Assembly: GCA_947467315.1 (NCBI GenBank)
Contig: CANIID010000003.1
Coordinates: 1 to 49,699, forward strand
Direction of reading: 5' to 3'
Length of the DNA stretch: 49,699 nucleotides
Source of the DNA: Betaproteobacteria bacterium
GTDB taxonomy: Bacteria; Pseudomonadota; Gammaproteobacteria; Burkholderiales; SG8-41
The notes below the pieces were generated by a model. The model was not told where the DNA came from. It saw nothing but the letters and a program-made list of their open reading frames with translations, and searched no databases. This document shows positions 1 to 9,528 of this stretch, in pieces (the stretch's first letter is position 1; every line of letters begins with the position of its first letter). Both the position numbers and the translations under genes were made by a program.

Positions 1-151
1 ACACTTACGCGAAGGGGATCAAAATCTCTGACGAGGAACACGCCGCTCTTGCCATCGAGCGCGATGCGTTTCACGGCGAATGGAATTACCGCTTGCCGCC
101 GCGAATGATTGCGGCCGAATGAATATGTTCATGTTATTATTGCTTGATTAC
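1..151 (+). mobile_element. ISAzo13-family insertion sequence, right end (partial)
   Basis: Frame 3..122 reads TYAKGIKISDEEHAALAIERDAFHGEWNYRLPPRMIAAE*, matching the YxKGIKxSD...FHGEWNY C-terminus of ISAzo13/Rhodopirellula-type DDE transposases. An AT-rich terminus (GTTATTATTGCTTGATTAC) follows, then TTA (152-154), a possible 3-bp target duplication. Confidence 0.8.
3..122 (+). CDS. ISAzo13-family transposase, C-terminal fragment (5' truncated by window edge)
   Basis: Manual translation; FHGEWNY motif; TGA stop at 120-122. Too short for the ORF track. Confidence 0.8.
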   Translation, partial: TYAKGIKISDEEHAALAIERDAFHGEWNYRLPPRMIAAE

Positions 152-3100
152 TTAATTTCGACGGCAGCGATCAGAATGCGGCGAAGACCGTCGGGCTTTC
201 GCGCTGGGGCGGCGCGGGCCTGAAAGACGGCGCGAACAAAATTGTTGTGATTGCCAGCGATGCCGCCGGTAAGGAAATCGCGCGCGCCGAACGCGTGCTG
301 CACTACGCCGGCACCGCCGTCGAAGGCCGCTTTGTTGCCGCCGCCTCGACGCTGGTCGCCGACGGGCGCACGGCGCCGGTGATCGCCGTGCGTATTTTCG
401 ACCGCGACGGCAAACCGGCGCGTCACGGTACCGACGGGCCGTTGCAGATTTCCGCGCCATATCAATCGCTCGAAGTGGCGCAGCGCCGCGATGGCCGTCC
501 GCTGCTCGACGACATCAATAACGTCGCCAAATGGCGCGTCACGGAAGACGGCATTGCGCTGATCCGTCTGCAACCAACGACGAACTCGGGCGAAGTGGTA
601 TTGACGTTCAACTTCCAGGGCCGTCCGCCGCAAGTGATCCGCGCGTGGCTGAAGCCCGAAATGCGCGAATGGATCCTCGTCGGCTTCGGCGAAGGCACCA
701 TCGGTCATCGCAAACTTTCCGGCAATGTCGAAAACCTGCCGGCAGGTGATGCCGACGAGACGCTGTGGAAAGACGGCCGCGTGGCGTTCTATGCCAAGGG
801 TCAGGTCAAGGGTGATTTTCTGCTGACCGTTGCGTACGACACGGACAAAGAGCAGCGCCGCACCACTGGCAATGCCGGCGCGCGGCTGAATCAGATGATC
901 GACCGCAAGCAGTACTACACGATCTACGGCGACACCACCAGCCCGCAGTACGACGCGGCGAGTGCGCGCAAACTCTATATCAAGATCGAGAAAGAACAGT
1001 TTTACGCGCTGTTCGGCGACTTCGACACCGGTATGAGCGTGACGGAATTGTCGCGTTACTCACGCACGCTGAACGGCGTGAAGAGTGAATTCCGCGGCGA
1101 GAACGTGTCGTATACCGCGTTCGCCACCAAGACCGCGCAGGCGTTCGTGAAAGACGAGCTGCGCCCCGACGGCACCTCGGGGCTGTATCGTCTGACACGC
1201 CGCGGCATTATTCCCAACAGCGACAAGGTCACGGTCGAAACGCGCGACCGCTTCCGCAATGAAGTCATCGTCAAATCCGAGCCGATGAGCCGCGGCATCG
1301 ATTATGAAATCGATTACACGCTCGGCACCCTGTTCTTCCGCAAGGCGATCCCTGGCAAGGATGAGAATTTCAACCCGATTTACATCGTTGCCGACTACGA
1401 ATCCGAAGACACCGCGCGCGACGAGCGCATCACCGCCGGCGGACGCGTGGCGGTGCGCACCAGCGACGGCAAGGGCGAGGTCGGCGTATCGGCGGTGCAC
1501 GAAGGCACACGCGGCGCACGAGGTGATTTGGCGGGCGTGGACGCGACGTACCATATCGACGACAAGACGCGTGTGCGCGCCGAAGTCGCCGAAAGTAAAC
1601 GCGAATTCGCGGGCGCCAACGTTTCCGGCAGCGCGTATCTCGTCGAAGTGCGCCGGCAGGATGCCAACGTGGCCGCAACCGCCTACGTGCGCGGACAGGA
1701 AGGCGGCTTCGGCCTCGGCCAGCAGGCCGCTGCGCAAGCCGGCACCACCAAAGTGGGCGGCGATGTGTCGGTGAAATTGACGGAAGAGTTGCGGTTGAAT
1801 GCGCAGGCCGTGCATGAGCGTACCGACAACGCCGGCGCCCAATCCGACCGCACGCTGATCGAGGGCCGCATCAATTACGTCCAGCCCGACTACAGCCTCT
1901 ATGGTGGCGGGCGCATGGTGAACGATCGCAGCGCCACTGGCGAGACGCTGACCGCGAATCAGGTGGTGGCGGGTGGCAGCTACAAACTGATGGGCGGTCG
2001 CCTGAATCTGCGCATCGATTCGGCGCTGACCGCGGGCGGCAACAACGCCAGCACGGATTACCCGCATCGCCTGCGTGTGGGTGCGGATTACAAAATCAGC
2101 GAGACCATGTCGTTGTTTGCGGATCAGGAATTGGCGTACGGTGCGCGCGAGAACGCGAGCACCACGCGCCTCGGCGTGAAATCGAAGCCCTGGGAAGGCG
2201 CCGAAAGCGCCAGCTCGGTCAATATCGGCATGACGCCGTACGGCCCGTCCCTATCGACGACCAGCACTATGACGCAATCGTTGCGGCTTTCCGATAAGCT
2301 GACATTGCAGGGCGGCATGGACCGCACCAGCACGCTGCGCAGGCCAGGTAACGCGCCATTGAATGCCAATGCGCCGTCGGCGCAAGGCGTGACATCGCTT
2401 GGTGGTGCGGCGTCGCAGAGCGTGGCGCCAGTTTCACCGGGCTTCACCGCCACGCCGGTCGAGGATTACACCTCGATCTTCGCCGGCGCGACGTGGAACA
2501 ACGGCCCGTGGGGCGCCAGCCTGCGCGGCGAATGGCGCAAAGGCGATACCTTTGACCGCCTGAATCTGTCGGCGAACGTGCATCGCGATCTGAAAGAAGG
2601 TGAAGCGCTGGCCGCGACTGCGCTCTTCACGGGTACCAAAGGTGATGTCGCGGGCGACACGCGCAGCCTCGACTTGCGCTTGAGCTACGCTTACCGGCCC
2701 AGCGGCAGTCGTCTGATCGTGCTTGACCGGCTTGATTATATTCAGGAAGAATCCGACAGGATCGGCGGCACGCGTAGCCGCAAACTGGTGAACAACTTCA
2801 ATGCCAATTATCAGTACGATCGCAGCACCCAGTTTGCCATGCAGTACGGCGCCAAATACGTGTTTGATACTTTCGACGGAGCCAGTGTCAGCGGATTTAC
2901 CGACTTGTATGGCATCGAAGTGCGCCGCGATCTGGGCAAGCGTTTCGACATCGGCGCGCGCGCGTCGGTACTGCATTCGTGGGGTTCGAAAACCACCACG
3001 CCGTCGTATGGCGCGAGCGTGGGCTTTTCGCCGGTGACGAATATGTGGGTGGGCGTCGGATATAACTTCGCGAGTTTCCGTGACCATGATTTCTCGGGCG

Positions 3101-3210
3101 CGAATGCAACGGCGAAAGGCTCGTACCTGTTCTTCCGCTTCAAGGCGGATCAGGGCGTGAAGGACACCACCACACAGCGAAAATTGATGTTTGAAGAGGC
3201 GGTGCGATGA
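151..3210 (+). pseudogene. Large outer-membrane beta-barrel protein of DUF11/OmpA-associated loci; 3' part of an IS-interrupted gene
   Basis: The frame of ORF 247..3210 is open back to 148 (LNFDGSDQNAAKTVGLSRWGG...) and meets the IS end. There is no signal peptide or RBS at 247. Motifs GRVAFYAKG, LLTVAYDT, YYTIYGD, FGDFDTG and DYEIDY, plus many alternating amphipathic strands ending YLFFRFK. Confidence 0.7.
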
Positions 3211-6200
3211 AAACGCGTTGTTTACGGTTCATTCATCTGCTGGCTGCGCTGAGCGCGCTGCTGGTGTTGCAAACATTCCTGGTCGTGCCGGATGCCGCGG
3301 CGCAGGTTGCGCGCGCCTTCACGGCACGCTACAGCAACAACGCGAATGGCGACATCCGGCTGATCGGCAATACAGTCATGACGTGCAGCACCACCACGGG
3401 TGCCAATGCCGCTTCCTGTCTGGCTGCGCGTACGGGAGGGAATGCCACGCTGAACAACAACGCCGATTTCGACATGATTTACGAAAACGTGGATAGCGAT
3501 CCCACCCGGTTTAATTCTTCGCAGGCGACGTTGTCGATCCCGGCAGGCTCCACCGTGCTGTTCGCGGGTTTGTACTGGGGCGCCAGCTCTGTTTCGACCA
3601 TAGGACGCAAGCAGGTGTTGTTGCGCACGCCCGCTACCGGAGGCTACTCGGTGGTGACCGCGTCCGCGCTGGACGCTAACGGCAGCAACTATGCCGGGTT
3701 TGCAAACATTACGTCGCAAGTCGCCGCCGGCGGCAATGGCACCTACACCGTGGCGAATGTGCGCGCAGACACCGGTAACGCCGCCACCGGGAACTATGGC
3801 GGCTGGTCGATCGTGGTGGCGTACCAGAATCTGGCGGACTCTCTGAAGAATCTTACGGTGTATGACGGCTACGCCACGATTGCCGCGGGCAACAATATTA
3901 CGGTGACACCCAGCGGATTCATGACGCCGCTGTCCGGCCCGGTGGCCGCGCGCGTGGGCTCCGTGGTTTATGACGGTGATTTTGGCCCCGCCGGCATTTA
4001 TATCAATGAACAGTTTACCGTCAACGGCACCCAGCTTTCCAATGCCGCAAATCCCGCCAACAACTACTTCAATTCCACGATTTCAGATTTGGGGGTGTTG
4101 ATCACGGCGCGAAATCCCGCCACCAGCAATACCTTCGGCGTGGACGTGGATCGTACCAATGTACCTTCCGGGTTGATTCCCAACGGGGCGACCAGCGCGA
4201 CAGTGGTCATGACATCGCCAACCGGCGGCGAGACCTATCACGCCAACGTATTGACCACGGCGATCGAGCTCTATGTGCCGATCATCACGCCTAACGTCGT
4301 CAAAACCGTCACGGACGTGAACGGCGGAAATCTTGCGCCTGGCGACGTTATGCGATGGACCATCTCCTTGAGCAACACCGGACTGGATACCGGCACCAAC
4401 GTCGTGCTGAAGGATCCCATTCCCGCCAATACCACATACGTGTCCGGCAGCCTGCGCGTATTGACCGGCGCCAACAGCACCCCCAGCCAGGTAAAAACCG
4501 ACGTCGCCGGCGACGATCAGGCGGAGTTCTCCAGCAGCGCCGTTGCTTGTGCGCCGGTGAGCGCGCCCTGCGTGATATTCCGGCTCGGCACCGACGCCGA
4601 TGCCGTGAACGGCGGTAAAATTATTTTTACCGATTCTACTTCGCTGAGTTTTGATACTACCGTTAACGCGGGTGTGACCTCGGGCACCCAGATATCCAAT
4701 ACGGCTTCCATTTCCTACAGCGGTCAGACGCTCGGGGCGACATTCAGCACCACCAGCGCCGCTGCCACGGCCACCGTGCTGGCGCCGCCGACCATCAGCA
4801 AATCGTTTAGCGTGAATCCCATCGCCATCAACGGCTCCACACTGCTGTCCATCGTGGTAAGCAGCCCCGCAGCCAGCCCCGCCAACATGACGGGCGTTAC
4901 CTTTGGCGATACCTACCCTGCGGGTATGGTCAATACCGCCACCCCCGCTGCTGCCATAAGTTGCACACCGGGCTCGACGCCGGGCACACTGACCGGCGGC
5001 GCGGCGGGCGGCAACAGCATCGGCATGAACCCCGGCGCCACGCTCGCGCCAGGTGGCAGTTGTACGATTACTGTCAATGTGACCAGCGCGGTCGCGGGCA
5101 ATTATCCCAATACCACCAGTGCGGTAGCTTCCGCCAACGCTGGGGCCGGCGGTACGGCCAGCGCAACGCTGGCCGTTGGTAAACCGGGTATCACCAAGGC
5201 ATTTTCGCCTGCGAGCATCATTTCCGGCGGCACTTCCACCGTTACCATTACGCTCACCAATCCGACGGCGGTCGCGCTAAGCGCTGTGGCTTTCAGTGAC
5301 GCACTGGTCAACATGCAGGTGGCCGCTACGCCTGCCATCCTCAACACCTGTGGCGGCACCGTGAGTGCCGCAGCGGGCGGCGCCGCTATCAGTCTCGCGA
5401 ATGGCGCGCTGGCGGCCAGCCCAGCCGCTGGCGCGACCTGCACGATCAGCGTCAACGTGACGAGCACGACCACCGGCGTCTTGCCGAATACCACTAGCGG
5501 GGTAACTTCAACTGAAAGTGGCGCGGCCGGGCTGCCCAGTAACACCGCGAATCTCACCGTGATCGGCGCGCCGGTCGCGGTGAAATCGTTCAGCCCCACC
5601 TCGATTCAAACCACCGGCGTGACGCCCGGCGCCACGTCAACACTGACGATCACGGTGACCAATCCCAACACCACTACCACCATCACGGGCGTCACCTTTA
5701 ACGACAGCTATCCGCAAAATGTGGGTGGAAATGCCGCAGCAGACCTGCTGAATGCCACGACGCCCAATGCAACGCTGAACTGTACCGCAGGTTCCAGCGC
5801 CACGTTCACCGGCGGCACCGCAGGCGGCGCCGCCATCGGCATCTCCAGCGGCACGCTCGCCCCAGGGGGAAGCTGCACGGTCACTGTGCAGGTATCAAGC
5901 GCCACCACCGCCAATTACCCGAACAATACGGGTACCATCACGACCGCCAACGCCGGCAATGGTGCCGCCGCCAGCGCTACGTTAAATGTTACCAACCTCG
6001 CGCCGCCGACGGTGACCAAGAGCTTCGCCGTGGCGAACATGGTGGTCGGCGGCGCGACCACCATGACCATCGCACTTGCCAACTCCAATGGCGCGGCCAA
6101 TCCGATCACGGGCGTTGCGTTCACCGATACGTATCCGGCCGGCCTGTTCAATACGGCATCCCCGGTGGTGAGCAACAACTGCGGCGGCACGCTGACCGCG

Positions 6201-8030
6201 CCGCCAAATGGCGCAAGCCTTGCGCTGACCGGCGGCACCATCCCCAGCACCGGCTGCTCGGTTGTCATCAACGTCACCAGCAGCACGCCGGGCCCCATGC
6301 TGAACAGCCTGCCGGCAGGGGGCGTCACCACAGCCAACGCGGCGGCCAACACGGCGGCGACCAGCGCTACCTTGCGCGCACTGACGCCGCCCACCATCAC
6401 CAAATCGTTCAGTCCCAACGCCATCGGTACGGACGCAGGGGATTTTTCGACAATGACGATCGTGGTGTCCAATCCCGGTGCGAACGGCATCAACCTGACC
6501 GGCATCAACTTCTCTGATCCTTATCCACAAAACGTAGGCGGCAACGCGGCAGCGGACATGGTTAACGCGCCGACGCCCACGCCGACCAATACTTGTACTG
6601 CCGGTTCGACGGTCGGCACACTCAGCGGCAATGCCGCAGGTAATGCCACATTGGGATTGACCGGTGCGACGATTCCGGCCGGCGGCAGCTGCACCATTAC
6701 CATACGCGTGCGCGGCAACGCAGCGGCCACCTACGTCAATACTACCGGCGCGGTGGCCGCCACGGGGCCAATAGCGCTCACCGGCAACACCGCCAGCGCT
6801 ACGCTGTCGGTAGGCAGGCCCGGCATCACCAAGTCGTTTGCGCCCTCACCGATCTTGGCCGGCGGTACCAGCGTGTTGACCATCACGCTGACCAACGGCA
6901 CCAGTGTCGCGATGACGTCTGCGGCGTTTACCGATACGTATCCGCTGACGATTACGAACACGAGTTCCCCGTCTGCGGCCACTACCTGCGGCGGCGCTGC
7001 TACTGCCGCGGCGAACGGGCCGAACGTGGCGCTCTCCGGCGGCACCATCCCGGCAAACGGCAGTTGTACGGTGACGGTGAACGTTACCGCCACCTTGACG
7101 TCCGTCAACACCATCGCCGTGGGTGCGCTGAGCACCTCTGCCGGCACCAATGCGACTGCGGCGAGCGCGACGCTGGTGGTCACCCCGCCGCTGACGGTGA
7201 CGAAGTCGTTCTCGCCGTCGAGCATCGCAGTGAACGGCACGTCGTTGCTGACGATCACGCTGACCAATCCCAATAGCTTCGCGGTTACTGGTGCGGGCTT
7301 TACGGATACCTATCCCACCAGTCCGGGCGCGATGAAAAACACCAACGCCCTGACGGGCGCGACGACCTGCACCGCGGGAACGGTGACGGCGGCGGCGAAC
7401 GGCGCTTCATTGGCGTTCGCCGGCGGCAGCGTGCCGGCCAACAGCAGTTGCACCATCACTGTCAGCATCACCGCGCCGACGTCGGGCGACCACCTGAACT
7501 CCACCGGCGCGGTCATCACCACCAACGCCGGAACCGCAACCGCCGCGAGCGCCACGCTGTCGGTGCTGCCGCCACCCACCGTCGTCAAACTGGTGACGGT
7601 GGTTTCCGACCCGGTAAACGGCACCACGAATCCGAAAGCGATCCCCGGCGCCATTGTCGAATATTCGTTGATCGTGACTAATTTCACCGTGGCGCTCACC
7701 GCGGATACCGTGGTGATTTCCGACATACTTAACAGCAATACCGCACTGGTGGTCACCGACATTGCGGGCGCGGGATCGGGGCCGGTGTCGTTTCAGCAGG
7801 GCACGGCCAGCAGTGGCCTCACGTATGCCTATACCAACGCGGCAAGCGCGACGGATGATCTGGAGTTTTTCAATAGCGGTGGCACGCGCATCACCACGCT
7901 GACGCCTAACGCCAGCGGGTGCGACGCGAGCATTGCGCGCATACAGGTGAGCCCCAAAGGCGTATTCGCCAGCGGCGCCAGCCCCCCGCAGCCCAGCTTT
8001 GTGTTGAGGTTTCGCGCCTGTATCAAGTAG
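3207..8030 (+). CDS. Secreted DUF11-type (conserved repeat domain) Ig-repeat surface protein / putative adhesin
   Basis: Sec signal (MKTR...AAAQ); about 330-aa N-terminal domain; one DUF11 domain; 7 Thr/Ala/Gly-rich repeats (PxxxKSF...FxDxYP...C...SCTITV...N); C-terminal VSDPVNGTTNPKAIPGAIVEY domain. ATGA overlap with the upstream gene. Confidence 0.85.
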   Translation: MKTRCLRFIHLLAALSALLVLQTFLVVPDAAAQVARAFTARYSNNANGDIRLIGNTVMTCSTTTGANAASCLAARTGGNATLNNNADFDMIYENVDSDPTRFNSSQATLSIPAGSTVLFAGLYWGASSVSTIGRKQVLLRTPATGGYSVVTASALDANGSNYAGFANITSQVAAGGNGTYTVANVRADTGNAATGNYGGWSIVVAYQNLADSLKNLTVYDGYATIAAGNNITVTPSGFMTPLSGPVAARVGSVVYDGDFGPAGIYINEQFTVNGTQLSNAANPANNYFNSTISDLGVLITARNPATSNTFGVDVDRTNVPSGLIPNGATSATVVMTSPTGGETYHANVLTTAIELYVPIITPNVVKTVTDVNGGNLAPGDVMRWTISLSNTGLDTGTNVVLKDPIPANTTYVSGSLRVLTGANSTPSQVKTDVAGDDQAEFSSSAVACAPVSAPCVIFRLGTDADAVNGGKIIFTDSTSLSFDTTVNAGVTSGTQISNTASISYSGQTLGATFSTTSAAATATVLAPPTISKSFSVNPIAINGSTLLSIVVSSPAASPANMTGVTFGDTYPAGMVNTATPAAAISCTPGSTPGTLTGGAAGGNSIGMNPGATLAPGGSCTITVNVTSAVAGNYPNTTSAVASANAGAGGTASATLAVGKPGITKAFSPASIISGGTSTVTITLTNPTAVALSAVAFSDALVNMQVAATPAILNTCGGTVSAAAGGAAISLANGALAASPAAGATCTISVNVTSTTTGVLPNTTSGVTSTESGAAGLPSNTANLTVIGAPVAVKSFSPTSIQTTGVTPGATSTLTITVTNPNTTTTITGVTFNDSYPQNVGGNAAADLLNATTPNATLNCTAGSSATFTGGTAGGAAIGISSGTLAPGGSCTVTVQVSSATTANYPNNTGTITTANAGNGAAASATLNVTNLAPPTVTKSFAVANMVVGGATTMTIALANSNGAANPITGVAFTDTYPAGLFNTASPVVSNNCGGTLTAPPNGASLALTGGTIPSTGCSVVINVTSSTPGPMLNSLPAGGVTTANAAANTAATSATLRALTPPTITKSFSPNAIGTDAGDFSTMTIVVSNPGANGINLTGINFSDPYPQNVGGNAAADMVNAPTPTPTNTCTAGSTVGTLSGNAAGNATLGLTGATIPAGGSCTITIRVRGNAAATYVNTTGAVAATGPIALTGNTASATLSVGRPGITKSFAPSPILAGGTSVLTITLTNGTSVAMTSAAFTDTYPLTITNTSSPSAATTCGGAATAAANGPNVALSGGTIPANGSCTVTVNVTATLTSVNTIAVGALSTSAGTNATAASATLVVTPPLTVTKSFSPSSIAVNGTSLLTITLTNPNSFAVTGAGFTDTYPTSPGAMKNTNALTGATTCTAGTVTAAANGASLAFAGGSVPANSSCTITVSITAPTSGDHLNSTGAVITTNAGTATAASATLSVLPPPTVVKLVTVVSDPVNGTTNPKAIPGAIVEYSLIVTNFTVALTADTVVISDILNSNTALVVTDIAGAGSGPVSFQQGTASSGLTYAYTNAASATDDLEFFNSGGTRITTLTPNASGCDASIARIQVSPKGVFASGASPPQPSFVLRFRACIK
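4782..7568 (+). repeat. Seven tandem ~130-aa Ig-like protein repeats
   Basis: Repeat starts: PPTISKSF, KPGITKAF, APVAVKSF, PPTVTKSF, PPTITKSF, RPGITKSF, PLTVTKSF. Each has two Cys. YPQNVGGNAAAD occurs in two repeats. Confidence 0.9.
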
Positions 8031-8136
8031 CTGCGCCTGCGACGCTGGATTTTCTATACAATCACGTCTCGCATCCTCGCGCTGCTGCTCCCAGCGGCGC
8101 ATCGGTAAAAGTATATATAAAACAAGGAGATACATA

Positions 8137-9120
8137 ATGGCATCCGTTACCTCTCACGCTATTCGCGCGCATCAGACCGGCGGACCCGAAGTCCTGCAAT
8201 GGGAAGAGGTGACGGTGGGTGATCCCGGCCCCGGCGAAGTGCGTGTGCGCAACACGGCGGTGGGCTTGAATTTTATCGACACCTATCATCGCGGCGGCTT
8301 GTATCCGATGCCGATGCCGCTGACGTTGGGCTCCGAAGGCGCGGGCGTGATCGAAAAGGTCGGTCCGAGAGTCAAGGGTTGGAAAGTCGGCGACCGCGTG
8401 GCCTATGCGCAGCCAATCGGCGCCTACGCCGAAGTGTTGATACGCCCGGTGGCGCGCCTGGTGAAAGTGCCTGCGGGTATCAGCGATCAAACCGCTGCCG
8501 CGATGATGTTAAAAGGCATGACCGCGTGGTACCTGCTGCGCCGCACCTACAAAGTGAAAAAGGGCGACACCATACTGGTGCATGCTGCGGCTGGCGGCGT
8601 GGGGCAGATTCTGTGCCAGTGGGGCAAACACCTCGGCGCTACGGTGATCGGCACCGTGGGCAGCGATGCCAAGGCCGCCATCGCAAAGAAAGCCGGCTGC
8701 AAGCATGTGATCGTCGCGGCCAACGAGAAAATTTCGCAGCGCGTGCGCGACATCACCAAGGGCCGCGGCGTGCCGGTGGTGTACGACGGTATCGGCAAAG
8801 AGACGTTCATGGAGTCGATCGACTGCCTCGCGCCGCTGGGCATGATGGCGAGTTTCGGCAATGCCTCCGGCGCGGTGCCGCCGGTGAATATCGGCCTGCT
8901 CGCGCAAAAAGGTTCGCTGTTTCTCACGCGTCCGACGCTGGTTAATTACACCGCGACGCGCGAAGACCTCGACGCCGCCGCGCGTGAGTTGTTCGCGGTG
9001 GTGAAAAAAGGCGCGGTAAAAATCTCTATCAACCAAACCTATCCGCTGCGCGAAGCGGCGCAGGCGCATCGCGATCTCGAAGGTCGCAAGACCACCGGTT
9101 CCACGGTGCTGTTGCCGTAG
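8137..9120 (+). CDS. qor: NADPH:quinone oxidoreductase (zeta-crystallin/MDR family)
   Basis: GLNFID, HAAAGGVG, VVYDGIG, GSLFLTRPTL and TTGSTVLLP motifs; AAGGAG RBS. Confidence 0.9.
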   Translation: MASVTSHAIRAHQTGGPEVLQWEEVTVGDPGPGEVRVRNTAVGLNFIDTYHRGGLYPMPMPLTLGSEGAGVIEKVGPRVKGWKVGDRVAYAQPIGAYAEVLIRPVARLVKVPAGISDQTAAAMMLKGMTAWYLLRRTYKVKKGDTILVHAAAGGVGQILCQWGKHLGATVIGTVGSDAKAAIAKKAGCKHVIVAANEKISQRVRDITKGRGVPVVYDGIGKETFMESIDCLAPLGMMASFGNASGAVPPVNIGLLAQKGSLFLTRPTLVNYTATREDLDAAARELFAVVKKGAVKISINQTYPLREAAQAHRDLEGRKTTGSTVLLP

Positions 9121-9122
9121 CC

Positions 9123-9494
9123 ATGGCCATGATGGCGCGTCGCCTGGGTTGCGGGCTGGCCGTGTCCTTCGCGATGGGCGTGGCATGCGCGCAAACGCCG
9201 GCGTCCAAGCCGGTGCCGGTCGAGGAGCGTGGCGGCAGTGTCGGAACGTCGCTGCCGCAACAGCAGCGTACCAGCGCGGCGTATCGCGCGCTGGAACAGG
9301 CGCGATACGAAAACAAACTGGCCGAACAGGATTATGTGAATGCCGAAGACGTCTATCGCGATGCGCAACGACGCGCCGACGCGCTGAAAGAAAATCTGGC
9401 AAAACTCGCCAAGGCGCGCGACGCCGCGAAGGCCAAGGAATCCTCGGCGGCAAAAGCCTACGATGAGGCGTTGATTGCGGGTAGCGCCCGCTGA
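9123..9494 (+). CDS. Hypothetical exported helical/coiled-coil protein
   Basis: Signal-like N-terminus (…GVACAQ) and Ala/Lys/Glu-rich helical body; starts 2 bp after qor. Confidence 0.6.
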   Translation: MAMMARRLGCGLAVSFAMGVACAQTPASKPVPVEERGGSVGTSLPQQQRTSAAYRALEQARYENKLAEQDYVNAEDVYRDAQRRADALKENLAKLAKARDAAKAKESSAAKAYDEALIAGSAR

Positions 9495-9528
9495 AATTAC
9501 CCCTCCCCATGTTTTGATTGGACAAGCT

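Noticed and set aside
247-3210. Complete 987-aa gene starting at GTG 247
   Set aside because: No RBS or signal peptide, and the frame continues upstream to the IS junction.
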